A stretch of DNA of 63,122 nt, from positions 1-63,122 of IMG/VR virus record IMGVR_UViG_3300030380_004631; one strand, given 5' to 3'. Of this stretch, positions 19,406-28,839 are shown piece after piece; position 1 is the first letter of the stretch; each line of letters opens with the position of its first letter. This DNA comes from a virus. Its lineage: Duplodnaviria; Caudoviricetes. Below the pieces are notes generated by a model. The model was not told where the DNA came from. It ran no database searches and was given only the letters and a program-made list of their open reading frames with translations. Both the position numbers and the translations under genes were made by a program.

Positions 19406-20797
19406 CTATGCTGCTAAATCAACCTCTGTCCAAACATTAGTTACGTCAGGATCGATCTCGGCCCATGCGTTTATATTAAGCTGTCCAGCTGTTGGTGTCA
19501 ATACTATACCAGTTAATTGAACAGTTGCAGTACCAGTTATTGGTCCCACAGAACCAATAGAACTAGTTAATTGTTGACCTGTTGTTCCAACCATAACTTG
19601 TGGGATAGGTCCTTCATCTCCCATCAATGCAGTCATTCCAAATCCTGTAATAGATTCATTTGTTGACTGAATTAAAGTTATATTTCCAAGTGATGCAGTC
19701 ATTCCAATACCGCTGACATCTACAGGAGTTATTAATCCACCAACTGCTTGACCAGCTGATCCAGTCATTCCCATTCCTGTTACAGGAACATTTGCAATAC
19801 CTTTATGTGTAGTATTTCCTACTGACATTGTCATAGAGAAACTATGTGCAATCTCAGTATCGTTATTTGCTTTAGTTCCTACAGGAGTTATGAAAGTTTG
19901 TAATCCAAATCCAGATACTTCAGCAGTAAAATTAGTACCTGCTGCTTCATCACCCATTGATGTAGTTAATTGTAAACCTGTAGCGGCAGCAGAGAACGCA
20001 ACTCCCCAAGCTTGACTACCCCATTCTTGTCTACCCCAACCTATTTGAATTTTTGCATCAATCTCAATAGTACCAAGACTTGAATTTAATTGTTGACCTG
20101 TAATAGCTGCGATTTGTTCAAAAGCACCCCAAGCTCTTGTTCCCCAACCTTCTTCTCTACCCCAACCTTTTTGTACAATTCCAATTGCAGTAACTTGTCC
20201 TGTAGAAATATTTGCTTGTAATGATTTTGTTTGAAGAGTACCTTGGATTCCCCATCCAGATTTACCCCATGACTCTCTACCCCAACCTGCATTGATTTCA
20301 CCGTCTATGGTGACCCCTGCTCCATTAAAGCCTATATTTAGAATCGAGTAAGTAGGTGCAGGAACTTGTTGTTGAGCATTACCCCAACCTCTTGTGCCCC
20401 AACCATCTTTTCTGCCCCAACCTAAATTTACATCAGCAGTTGTTTCAACAGAACCTATTGCAGTTGTCATTGACATCTGCTGAGGCATTACAGTTCCTCC
20501 AATACCCCATGGATTAACACCATAACCTAATCGACCCCAACCGATGTTTATTTCAGTATCAATGTCGACTTGTCCTTGTGATGAGTTTAATTGTAATCCG
20601 TCAGATATAAGGGTTCCGGAAATACCCCAGGATAGTGTGTCCCATCCTTTTCTTCCCCAACCTTCGTTAATTTCTCCTTCGTAGGTTGGAGGGCCAACAC
20701 TTAGGTTCGCAAGTAGTCCGGCAGGGATCGGTGTGGTATTGTTTTGTTCACCGTAATTTCCTTGTCCCCAACTAAGCGTATCCCAAGTGTTTGCCAT
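19406..20797 (-). CDS. Structural protein with Trp-Gly (GWGR..W) repeats
   Basis: Six GWGRxxxW repeats about 40-45 aa apart, followed by VTG.Q...S.G repeats. Confidence 0.65.
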   Translation of the reverse strand: MANTWDTLSWGQGNYGEQNNTTPIPAGLLANLSVGPPTYEGEINEGWGRKGWDTLSWGISGTLISDGLQLNSSQGQVDIDTEINIGWGRLGYGVNPWGIGGTVMPQQMSMTTAIGSVETTADVNLGWGRKDGWGTRGWGNAQQQVPAPTYSILNIGFNGAGVTIDGEINAGWGRESWGKSGWGIQGTLQTKSLQANISTGQVTAIGIVQKGWGREEGWGTRAWGAFEQIAAITGQQLNSSLGTIEIDAKIQIGWGRQEWGSQAWGVAFSAAATGLQLTTSMGDEAAGTNFTAEVSGFGLQTFITPVGTKANNDTEIAHSFSMTMSVGNTTHKGIANVPVTGMGMTGSAGQAVGGLITPVDVSGIGMTASLGNITLIQSTNESITGFGMTALMGDEGPIPQVMVGTTGQQLTSSIGSVGPITGTATVQLTGIVLTPTAGQLNINAWAEIDPDVTNVWTEVDLAA

Positions 20798-20809
20798 TCA
20801 TATTCTTCC

Positions 20810-21247
20810 TTACGCTATTCTTAATATAGCAGCTGAAGTTGTAAACGCTGGGAATTGGATAGTAAATGTTCCTGCAGTTGCAGTTTTATCACCACCAAAA
20901 TCCAACACAGCCACAGCCGAATTAGAGTTAGACGTATTGTAAATCAATGCACCTCTTGCTGTCAAAGTTACTCCAGTAAAAGACAGGTTTGCATAATCTG
21001 TAATTGCTATTCCAGATGAAACAGAAGTTCCTGTGTTTACTAAAGCTCTTCCTCCAGATGAGTATCCGCCAGATGACGAACTAGCTTCAGAGCCAGTTGT
21101 AAATGACGTAGTTCCACTTCCTAGAGTGGCAGCACTTGTGTACATCGCTAATTTGAAAACACTTCCTCCAGAATTACTGAAGTTATGTTTACCCTCGATC
21201 AATTCTTTTTTAAAAGAATTTGTGATTGTATTTGCTGTTATTGCCAT
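20810..21247 (-). CDS. Structural protein
   Basis: SFKKEL..G.HNF, TARGALIYN and LDFGGDKT patterns; strong SD. Confidence 0.6.
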   Translation of the reverse strand: MAITANTITNSFKKELIEGKHNFSNSGGSVFKLAMYTSAATLGSGTTSFTTGSEASSSSGGYSSGGRALVNTGTSVSSGIAITDYANLSFTGVTLTARGALIYNTSNSNSAVAVLDFGGDKTATAGTFTIQFPAFTTSAAILRIA

Positions 21248-21264
21248 AGTTGTTCTCCTTAAAA

Positions 21265-21930
21265 TTAACTAATAGTGTTTGGCGATGGTGAAGGTATTTT
21301 AATTCTTGGTACCCCATCATCGTATTCTGCACGTCTTCTTCTCCCCATTTGTTGAAGAGCAAAATTTTGTACTTCCTCATCATACTTCTTTTTGTATAGT
21401 GTGTATAGATCCATGGGACCTTTTAAGAAAGAAAAAGCCTCTACTAATGTACCATGCAACAGCATCGACTCTTGATATTTTGCTAAAAAAGTTTGGTTTG
21501 AAGATGTAAATTCTGGTGGATCAGTTATATAATTAACTTGAATAGTATAAGCCTGATCAGGTATTGGAGCTACAATAAGATTAAAGTCATCCCAATTAGC
21601 CCAATATTTAGGTAATCCCGTAGCAGCGTTACTATTATATTCTGATATAAAACTTGTATCTCTTTTTTCAGCGAATGTTCTAGTTCCATTAGTTTCAATA
21701 ACTTGGACTGATCTAATAATTGTAAGATCGGCAGGTAAATTTACAAATCTCTTACCAGTGTTGAAAGTAGATGTTGAATATTTTCTTAAGTCATCATAAT
21801 CAACCTTACCTGCTATATCTAGTTCTGTAGCCCTAATAAAATTTTGAATAATACTATCAGTTAATACAGTTGAAGATACTTCTGTGTAGTCTCTGACTTG
21901 TGTTAAAAAATTAGAAAATGTTATAGCCAT
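21265..21930 (-). CDS. Head-tail adaptor / tail tubular protein A-like
   Basis: Helical N-terminus, GLPKYWA and APIPD motifs, LLHGTLVEA. Confidence 0.65.
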   Translation of the reverse strand: MAITFSNFLTQVRDYTEVSSTVLTDSIIQNFIRATELDIAGKVDYDDLRKYSTSTFNTGKRFVNLPADLTIIRSVQVIETNGTRTFAEKRDTSFISEYNSNAATGLPKYWANWDDFNLIVAPIPDQAYTIQVNYITDPPEFTSSNQTFLAKYQESMLLHGTLVEAFSFLKGPMDLYTLYKKKYDEEVQNFALQQMGRRRRAEYDDGVPRIKIPSPSPNTIS

Positions 21931-22370
21931 TATGCAATACTCACTGTTACTTTTGCTAAACCAATAGAAAGTTGTCTATTTCTATTTTGTTGTGATGGAT
22001 TGTTTGGTACCATACTTGATACTGAAGTGGTTTGTCCATCTCCTGTTGTAATAAAAGTCTGAGTTGAAAAAGCAAAATCACCAGGTAATGATAAATTAGC
22101 AACTGCAACCGAAGCTCCACCAGAATCAGCTAAGGTAATATCTTGTGGAGCAACAGTTTTGGGGTTTTGAAATCTTTGTGGTCTAGCATTAGCCAAAGCA
22201 ATAGCATCTGAAACAGCTTGTCTTCTTCTAATCTGTGGATGCTTAGGTTCAAACTCAGAGTAATGAACTAATGATCCATTCCATTCCTTGACCATTTCAT
22301 TGTAAGGAAAAGCTTGTCCAGATCTATCTGATATAGCGTGTGATCTTTTACCTGTTGCCCATTTACCCAT
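21930..22370 (-). CDS. Hypothetical virion protein
   Basis: AISDRSG...EWNG..V...EFEPKHPQ motif; lies between two adaptors. Confidence 0.55.
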   Translation of the reverse strand: MGKWATGKRSHAISDRSGQAFPYNEMVKEWNGSLVHYSEFEPKHPQIRRRQAVSDAIALANARPQRFQNPKTVAPQDITLADSGGASVAVANLSLPGDFAFSTQTFITTGDGQTTSVSSMVPNNPSQQNRNRQLSIGLAKVTVSIA

Positions 22371-22372
22371 AA

Positions 22373-23068
22373 TTAAACTCCAGTAGGGTAAAAGGATTGA
22401 GGTGTAATAAATGTTGAAGCTCTTTGACCATCTTCATCTAATGCTCTTTTCAATTCATCTTCGTAAATTAATTTATTTTGTTGTACAAGTTGTGGTGACT
22501 TTTTCATAGCTAAATAATAAGCTAATCCTGCACACATGCACGGAAGAAATCTATATGCTACATCAGCATCGTTTGTGTAAGCACCAGCATCTTCTATTCT
22601 TTTTATTACATAGTATTTCAATGTATTATAAGTGTTCAAATCTGGAGCTTGGTATAAATATATATTAGGTGTTTTATGTCTTTGCACATAGTATTGTGAT
22701 GGTTGTCCAGTTGCTAATTTATTAGGTAATGCTGAATAAGCAGATCTATCAATTTTTGTTAATGCTATATCTTGTGTATTAGCATTATCACTTGCTGCAG
22801 CAGAGCTAGATACAAAAGCTTCTAAAACATCACTTACATTTGATGCTACTGCATATTTAGCTTGTCCTTGAACCAAAGCAACTTCTTGTAAAGCTACTTT
22901 CCATAAATGAATTCCTCTATTGCCCCATTCAGCAAATAATAAATCTAGGCTTCTTCTAGCAGATTTTAAATCAAAACCTGCATTAGTTGAAAGACCACAT
23001 CTTTCATAACCTTCATCTATTATGTCATCAATATTTAAATTGAAGCTAGTAGTTCCTGATGTCGCCAT
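22373..23068 (-). CDS. Head-tail adaptor (P22 gp4-like), second paralog
   Basis: EGYERCG, EWGNRG, GQPSQYY and GLAYYLA motifs. Confidence 0.65.
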   Translation of the reverse strand: MATSGTTSFNLNIDDIIDEGYERCGLSTNAGFDLKSARRSLDLLFAEWGNRGIHLWKVALQEVALVQGQAKYAVASNVSDVLEAFVSSSAAASDNANTQDIALTKIDRSAYSALPNKLATGQPSQYYVQRHKTPNIYLYQAPDLNTYNTLKYYVIKRIEDAGAYTNDADVAYRFLPCMCAGLAYYLAMKKSPQLVQQNKLIYEDELKRALDEDGQRASTFITPQSFYPTGV

Positions 23069-23230
23069 CTATATGTTCTCCTTTTTAGCCGCGGCTTTGT
23101 AAGTGTATAACTTATCCTTTTTGCGGTTGTACAACTTCTTTAATTGTACCACTTTTTGACTAAACTTTGAAGACCTTAGGTTTTTTGCGACTGGGTTTGA
23201 CTTTGACTCGTAATTTTTTTCTTTTTTCAC
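23069..23230 (-). CDS. Small basic protein, ArfA-like pattern (53 aa)
   Basis: Hand-translated from a GTG start: ...NPVAKNLRSSKFSQKVVQLKKLYNRKK... Confidence 0.5.
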   Translation of the reverse strand: MKKEKNYESKSNPVAKNLRSSKFSQKVVQLKKLYNRKKDKLYTYKAAAKKENI

Positions 23231-23291
23231 CTCTTGCACCTCTCAGTTTACCATCTATTTGTGCTGGTATTTGTCCTCTTGATATTGCCAT
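23160..23291 (-). CDS. Small basic protein (43 aa) starting MAISRGQI
   Basis: Hand-translated; TAATG-coupled to the endolysin stop. Confidence 0.55.
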   Translation of the reverse strand: MAISRGQIPAQIDGKLRGARGEKRKKLRVKVKPSRKKPKVFKV

Positions 23292-23767
23292 TAAACTAAA
23301 TCTTTAGCCTTTCCCATTATTGGTTTGTATTTAGTTTTACCCTCTGATTTGTATGCATGCAAGAATTGTTTTCTTGGTTGGTCGGTAGTATAGCTGCAAT
23401 GTATCCACCCACTGTTAGGCTCACCAGGAGTATAGAACTCAAGAATCAATTGATCGAATTCTAAGTTCATATAAATCCAATCAGCTAATTCAGCATTGTC
23501 AGTTCCCATACATTCAAAATCTGCCGCCTCTGCTTTTGCATGTTGGCTGTTGACTGAGCTACCTATTTTTAGGCACAGCTGTTCTGAACGGAAACCGCTC
23601 GTCACCTTGACCCTGCCAAAGTGATCACGCACTGGCTGCAAAATATTTTCACAAAGTGCTTTTAGTTTTTCTATCTGACCTGAATTTGGATTGTTATTGA
23701 TGTCCAACCTAACAGCAGTGTCTGATTTAATTAATTCTTGAAGAGTGAAGTTACGAGATAAATTCAT
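23291..23767 (-). CDS. Peptidase M15 endolysin
   Basis: SGFR, SQH....AAD and WIH zinc-peptidase motifs. Confidence 0.88.
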   Translation of the reverse strand: MNLSRNFTLQELIKSDTAVRLDINNNPNSGQIEKLKALCENILQPVRDHFGRVKVTSGFRSEQLCLKIGSSVNSQHAKAEAADFECMGTDNAELADWIYMNLEFDQLILEFYTPGEPNSGWIHCSYTTDQPRKQFLHAYKSEGKTKYKPIMGKAKDLV

Positions 23768-24267
23768 GTGTAAATAATAATGTTTAAATTATATCTTAAT
23801 CCTTTTGTAGGTCCAGTCCCTCTATGAACTTTATTACTGTCGAAAACAATAGCTTCTGAAGCTTTGCTAACAAATTGTGAATTATCAATTTCAGTTGTTC
23901 CATCATTTGTATTTAAATTATATAGAATACTAACACAGTTTGGATGCTCACTGTCAATATGTAGCTTACCTCTAGAAAGAGGATGATAAAAGTTATAATT
24001 AACTCTTTTTAATCCCTTAAATTTAACTTTCAATTTACTACAAACAATAGATGCAACTATATGTGCAAACATATTTAAGGTTTGTGTGTTTTTATTTACA
24101 ATACAATTGTCACCAAAAGTTCTAAGTGCTAATCCTTCATCTTCATTTAAAAAACTATTTGGTATTTTTTCATCAAAACCAAAATACCAACCTTCAGTTT
24201 GTTTTAATAATTGTATTATATCTTTGTTGATATTTTCAGGTAGGATTGAGGATACTACTTCTTGCAT
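23764..24267 (-). CDS. 2OG-Fe(II) oxygenase
   Basis: KLHIDS, TNDGTT, FDSNKVHRG and RYNLNI motifs. Confidence 0.75.
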   Translation of the reverse strand: MQEVVSSILPENINKDIIQLLKQTEGWYFGFDEKIPNSFLNEDEGLALRTFGDNCIVNKNTQTLNMFAHIVASIVCSKLKVKFKGLKRVNYNFYHPLSRGKLHIDSEHPNCVSILYNLNTNDGTTEIDNSQFVSKASEAIVFDSNKVHRGTGPTKGLRYNLNIIIYT

Positions 24268-25862
24268 ACTAATTTATTATAATCGGCTAAATAACAATAC
24301 TTTAAATCTGAGTTATTCATCATAAATGCAACATCAGAATATTCTTCACATAATACATGACCAGGTAAATTTAAAGAAGTATTTAAAACTATTGGGTGTT
24401 TTGTTTGTTTTTTAAAACAAGTTATTAGCTCATGGTATTTAGGGTGAAAAGATTTATTAAGAGTTTGTATTCTGCTATATCCATCTACTGAACATACATT
24501 TTTAGTTAAGTCATTTTTAGCTTTGTAAACAAACATCATATATGGAGATGTTTCATTTTTATCCATATGAAAATATTTACTTGCATCTTGCTCAAGTACA
24601 GTACATGCAAATGGTCTGTACCATTCTCTTTTTTTTATACGATTTATCTTATCTAAAATATCTTTATTAAAAGGATTACCTAATAATGACCTAAAACCTA
24701 AACCTCGTTGTCCTTGTTCACTCTTACCAGATACTATGGCTACTGGCTCTTTGACTAGAATAGCAGCTACTTCTTTTGCAGAAGTATTTTTTACTTGATA
24801 ATTAGAAAAAGCTACTAAATCTTTTGAAGGTTCAAATCCACAACAAATGTGTTTAAGTGGTTTTACCTTTTCATTTGTAGCACTCAATGCAGCACCCAAA
24901 GATATACCGAAGTCACCATTAAAAGGGTCAGCCAATACTTTATTATCTAATTTATTTTTTAGGTTAGTATTATTCAATACATTTTGTGCACATCCACCTG
25001 TCAATAGAATTGTTTTACCTTTGTAATTTACTTTGTTAAGTGTAATCAGATAAAGTGCTTCAAAAGCTTTTTGAAAAGTGTGTACAAAATCTAAGGTTGG
25101 TGAATCTTTAGATAGATGGTTTATATCTGGATTTAACATAAACCTGTTATATTTATTTTTAGAATCATAAGAATCTTGAATATCATTTATTAAATTTATA
25201 TTCCAAGAATCATTGAATATAAGTCCTTGAAATATATCTTCTTTGTATTTACCGTATGAAGAAAGAGCCATAGCTTTACCTTCTTCATGTTCTTCTAATC
25301 CTAATTCAAAAGTAAGTTTTTGATAACCTTTTCCGAAAGATACACCATTATGTATTCTTAAATTTTCAGAAAAAACATTCATTGGTTTTGAGCTGTTGTA
25401 TTTTTTATATAAATTTTCATGTTTACTATTTAAAATAGTTTCGTTTTCAATAACTCTTAGAGTATTCAAATATTCAGATTGATGTTTAAGAAAATGTTCA
25501 GCACCATCACCATCAGCCACATAAGTAATAAAATTATCCTGCTGTTGGTAAAAAAATTTAACACATTCAGCATGAAATATGTGGTGTTGTGTTTGTGCAA
25601 CATCTATTAAATCTTTGTGTTCTAGATCAAAAAACTTTTTTATAAAATACCAAACTGGAAAATTAATACCTCCCATTGAAGTTGTAACAACTTTATCTAT
25701 CTTTAGATTAAGATCTTTTATTTTTTGTAGAACTTCGTAGGTAGGAAAAAATTCGTTTTTAAATTTATTAAATCTATCTAATTGGTGATGTGCAATAACT
25801 TGATCACCTGATATAATTGTTGCAGCACCATCGTGCCCCAGATGCAATGCTAATATATTCAT
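24255..25862 (-). CDS. Carbamoyltransferase (NodU/CmcH family) 2
   Basis: GHDG, HHIFH, DGDG, GGCAQN, EQGQRGLGFRS, KREWYRPFA and LNTSLN motifs. Confidence 0.9.
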   Translation of the reverse strand: MNILALHLGHDGAATIISGDQVIAHHQLDRFNKFKNEFFPTYEVLQKIKDLNLKIDKVVTTSMGGINFPVWYFIKKFFDLEHKDLIDVAQTQHHIFHAECVKFFYQQQDNFITYVADGDGAEHFLKHQSEYLNTLRVIENETILNSKHENLYKKYNSSKPMNVFSENLRIHNGVSFGKGYQKLTFELGLEEHEEGKAMALSSYGKYKEDIFQGLIFNDSWNINLINDIQDSYDSKNKYNRFMLNPDINHLSKDSPTLDFVHTFQKAFEALYLITLNKVNYKGKTILLTGGCAQNVLNNTNLKNKLDNKVLADPFNGDFGISLGAALSATNEKVKPLKHICCGFEPSKDLVAFSNYQVKNTSAKEVAAILVKEPVAIVSGKSEQGQRGLGFRSLLGNPFNKDILDKINRIKKREWYRPFACTVLEQDASKYFHMDKNETSPYMMFVYKAKNDLTKNVCSVDGYSRIQTLNKSFHPKYHELITCFKKQTKHPIVLNTSLNLPGHVLCEEYSDVAFMMNNSDLKYCYLADYNKLVCKK

Positions 25863-25865
25863 TCA

Positions 25866-26078
25866 TCATTCTAATATCAGTTTTTTTATACTTTTACTAC
25901 CGTCAATATTAGATTCAAGCTCAGCCATCGATTTTATACACTGGTATTGAATGTTATTATTTTTATTAGTTCTCATTGCAACTCTTTTACCTTTAAGACA
26001 GTCAGACATAGTTTCTTGTATTCTGTGTTCCTTGATCTCTCCGTTGACAATCATAAGTAGGGCTATAATCAACTCCAT
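25866..26078 (-). CDS. Small hypothetical protein with hydrophobic N-terminus
   Basis: 70 aa, two Cys; coupled to the upstream gene. Confidence 0.6.
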   Translation of the reverse strand: MELIIALLMIVNGEIKEHRIQETMSDCLKGKRVAMRTNKNNNIQYQCIKSMAELESNIDGSKSIKKLILE

Positions 26079-26458
26079 TAGTGTGCTCCGCTTCCGTTTT
26101 GTCTAACTTTATCTTTTAATACTTCTATATCTTCTAATGCTTTATCTAGCTGTGCTCTTAAAAATTCTATATTAACTTTGTTTGTCATGTTCATCTCTTG
26201 AGTCTCTTCCATTTTCTCTACGGACTTATAAAGATCCTCAATTAAAAAATGTTGCTCCTGATCGGTAGGGACCTGTTCACTTTTTTTAAGCAAATCATTT
26301 TCAAATAATTCTCTTGATGTCTCTAACGATACCAACCTTGCAGTCAGCTCCGTATAAGCGAAGACGCCCATTGCTACGAGCACAATCAGGCTAGCTACCG
26401 TCTTCATCGGCATCTGCACGCGTGCCTCTTCTCCGATGTTGAGTGGTTTATTGGACAT
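26078..26458 (-). CDS. Membrane-anchored coiled-coil protein (possible lysis accessory/spanin-like)
   Basis: TM segment VASLIVLVAMGVFAY followed by coiled coil; start moved to 26458 by SD GGAGGA. Confidence 0.5.
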   Translation of the reverse strand: MSNKPLNIGEEARVQMPMKTVASLIVLVAMGVFAYTELTARLVSLETSRELFENDLLKKSEQVPTDQEQHFLIEDLYKSVEKMEETQEMNMTNKVNIEFLRAQLDKALEDIEVLKDKVRQNGSGAH

Positions 26459-26525
26459 GTGGTCCTCCACATAAAGCCAAAGTAACAAGCATTATTATTA
26501 ACAAACCTGTAAAGTAATAGTTCAT
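26448..26525 (-). CDS. 25-aa hydrophobic peptide
   Basis: Hand-translated MNYYFTGLLIIMLVTLALCGGPHVQ. Confidence 0.4.
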   Translation of the reverse strand: MNYYFTGLLIIMLVTLALCGGPHVQ

Positions 26526-26542
26526 CCTTTGACACTCCATAA

Positions 26543-26638
26543 TCATTTTTTCTTCTTATCCTTATGAAACAGATTATCTAACAAAGACCAGAGCTTGTCT
26601 AGTAGCCCGAAAAATTTATAAAAAAACCTATCTATCAT
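26543..26638 (-). CDS. 31-aa amphipathic peptide
   Basis: Hand-translated MIDRFFYKFFGLLDKLWSLLDNLFHKDKKKK; ATGA overlap with the upstream gene. Confidence 0.45.
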   Translation of the reverse strand: MIDRFFYKFFGLLDKLWSLLDNLFHKDKKKK

Positions 26639-27300
26639 TCGTATGTTTTGTCCTCATCTCTCTCTTTTTCATGCATTTCGTAAAACATTTTATTACTATC
26701 TTCCGTAACCATATTACTATCTTCTGCATCCCATATAGTGGTTTGCACAGAATAGTCTGGCCAACTGTTATCAGTAGTAAAACTATTAACATGCCACAAT
26801 ATACGATTATTAGGCTGAGCAGCAAAATTACCGTTATCAAGTGCAAGAATATGTGCACACTTATGCTCTTGAGGTATTTCAGAATGTTCAACATCTAGTA
26901 TATTTGGCTCTGGGTGACCCCAATCTAAAGTAAATAAATATTTGCCGTGATAAAATTTTTTATCTAGTCCTAAATATTTACCTTTTAGACCAGCCAACCA
27001 ATCAAAGCTATGGACACTAGGATAATAACTAAAACAGTTCCACAGTTCCAACTCGTGCGTCTGCATATCCGGCACAGTGGTTCTATCATGCGATTTTTGG
27101 AAAAACGCTGCAATAGGCAATCGCCAAAAGCACGCCCCGTTTGGTAGCATGATGTTAAATAAGATCGCACGCCCTGAAATCGATGTAATACCGAAGACCA
27201 CGCACTCTTCACTTTCTCCCTTGTGTTCTTTAAGATCATATAGATACTCCTTCCTTACCTTACAATATATAGGTGGTGTGTTAGCATTTAAATAAGACAT
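26635..27300 (-). CDS. Hypothetical protein
   Basis: 221-aa ORF, aromatic-rich, EHKCAH motif; coupled to its neighbours. Confidence 0.7.
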   Translation of the reverse strand: MSYLNANTPPIYCKVRKEYLYDLKEHKGESEECVVFGITSISGRAILFNIMLPNGACFWRLPIAAFFQKSHDRTTVPDMQTHELELWNCFSYYPSVHSFDWLAGLKGKYLGLDKKFYHGKYLFTLDWGHPEPNILDVEHSEIPQEHKCAHILALDNGNFAAQPNNRILWHVNSFTTDNSWPDYSVQTTIWDAEDSNMVTEDSNKMFYEMHEKERDEDKTYE

Positions 27301-27627
27301 CTAGCATTTCCATCTTCTCCGTGCTTGTCTTATTCGTGAATTAGGATCATTTCTAGTCTTAGCTGAAGATCTCTTTAATTGTCCGAGTGACCTAGCACAA
27401 TATGATTTTCTTCTCTTTGCAGCAGCTGATCCCTTTTTAACATTTCCCGTCACTGCTGTTTTTAATTTAGAACCTGGATTTGCTCTACGATATGCTGCAA
27501 CTCCCTTTGCAGTCATACCTGCTCCAGATTTTGTTTTTCTGTAATTACCACCCTTACCAGTGGTTCTTCTAATAGGGGTTTCTCCACCTCTACTAAAACC
27601 TAAAACTTTTAAACCGTATTTATTCAT
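27301..27627 (-). CDS. Highly basic small protein
   Basis: GMTAKGV..YRR.NPGSKLK, RRKSYCARS and RRRWKC motifs. Confidence 0.65.
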   Translation of the reverse strand: MNKYGLKVLGFSRGGETPIRRTTGKGGNYRKTKSGAGMTAKGVAAYRRANPGSKLKTAVTGNVKKGSAAAKRRKSYCARSLGQLKRSSAKTRNDPNSRIRQARRRWKC

Positions 27628-27947
27628 TAACCTGTAAATGAAACAGTCACTGATGCAGTATTGGTTGCAACTATTCCAAGTCCTTTTTTAAATAAAACAC
27701 CTGAACCTGGAAGGTAAACATCAATACCTTCACTTCCAAAAACAAATCTACCTATTTCAGTAGCTGTTCCGCCTTGTATAGCACCAGATGTAAGTGAATC
27801 ATAAAATATTACAATATTGTTAGTAGCGTTAGTTCCAGCAGCTTGAATTGAAGTTACTCTTAGTCTGCCTGAGTGAACAACAGATCCTGTTGTAGTTACT
27901 TGTTGAAGTAAACCTTGATCACTTGTAAAACTTCCGCCACCACTCAT
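27627..27947 (-). CDS. Small beta-rich virion protein
   Basis: LPGSGVLFKKG motif, similar to the adjacent gene. Confidence 0.55.
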   Translation of the reverse strand: MSGGGSFTSDQGLLQQVTTTGSVVHSGRLRVTSIQAAGTNATNNIVIFYDSLTSGAIQGGTATEIGRFVFGSEGIDVYLPGSGVLFKKGLGIVATNTASVTVSFTG

Positions 27948-27949
27948 AA

Positions 27950-28282
27950 TTATCCGTTCTGACCAGTAAGATTAGGTCCAGAAAATTTATCAGTTAATAA
28001 AGTTACGGCTGTAACTTTTGTTGCTGTTGATAAATAAACTCCGTTAGGAAATAAAATACCATCTTCAGGTAATGAAAAATTAATTACATCTCCAGAAGGA
28101 ACATCAGCAGTAAATAAATTTACTCCACCTGATGATGAGTCAGTATTCAATGCTACTTGACCAGCACCTGTACCATCAGAAGCAATAATCATTCCTTTGA
28201 GTCTAATTGGTGCAGCAATCACTACAGTAGAAGTTGCTGTTCCAACTATTCTTGTTGCTTGTATATCAGCTTTAATAGCCAT
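27950..28282 (-). CDS. Small beta-rich virion protein
   Basis: LPEDGILFPNG motif; start set at 28282 by SD AAAGGAG. Confidence 0.6.
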   Translation of the reverse strand: MAIKADIQATRIVGTATSTVVIAAPIRLKGMIIASDGTGAGQVALNTDSSSGGVNLFTADVPSGDVINFSLPEDGILFPNGVYLSTATKVTAVTLLTDKFSGPNLTGQNG

Positions 28283-28301
28283 AAAAATTTCTCCTTTGTT
28301 C

Positions 28302-28321
28302 GTGGCTCCCGAAGGAGCCAC
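28302..28321 (-). promoter_or_regulatory. C(UUCG)G tetraloop hairpin
   Basis: GTGGCTCC-TTCG-GGAGCCAC, a perfect 8-bp stem with no U-tract. Confidence 0.8.
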
Positions 28322-28331
28322 TAATTACTTA

Positions 28332-28826
28332 TTAGCCTATTTTACCGTCATCTTTTACATAGTAGTAAATGATTCCAGTTACTGTTCCGCCAGTTGCTGC
28401 TGAAGCACCTTGTCCACCAACAATTTTTATAATTTCAGTTGCTGGTAAAGCTAGGTTTCCTAAAGAAGCTCCTGAAGTTGAATCACCACCCCAAACGGTT
28501 GCAATTCCACCATCAGCATCTGCTTCATTTAAAAGACCGTCAACATCAACAAAGTCTGTTCCACCATCAAGGTCAGTGTAACCCATATCAACAGTTGGGT
28601 TAGTACCACCTGTTGCTGCACCGTTAAAAGTAATTCCTGTAACGATTGCATTTTTTGGAAGAACAACTTTTCTTGTATCAGTTGCTGATACTTGCACATC
28701 AGTTCCCTGAGCTGCAGTTGGCACAAAATAAAATTGAGCCTGTAAGCTTACTGAACCTGCGTAAGTTGTTTTTGTACTATCTCCACCGCCAGATCTGACG
28801 TTAGATAGAAATGTTGTATTAGCCAT
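28332..28826 (-). CDS. Capsid decoration-like protein
   Basis: Thr/Gly/Ala-rich beta protein immediately after the capsid gene; strong SD. Confidence 0.55.
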   Translation of the reverse strand: MANTTFLSNVRSGGGDSTKTTYAGSVSLQAQFYFVPTAAQGTDVQVSATDTRKVVLPKNAIVTGITFNGAATGGTNPTVDMGYTDLDGGTDFVDVDGLLNEADADGGIATVWGGDSTSGASLGNLALPATEIIKIVGGQGASAATGGTVTGIIYYYVKDDGKIG

Positions 28827-28839
28827 AATTTTCTCCTTT

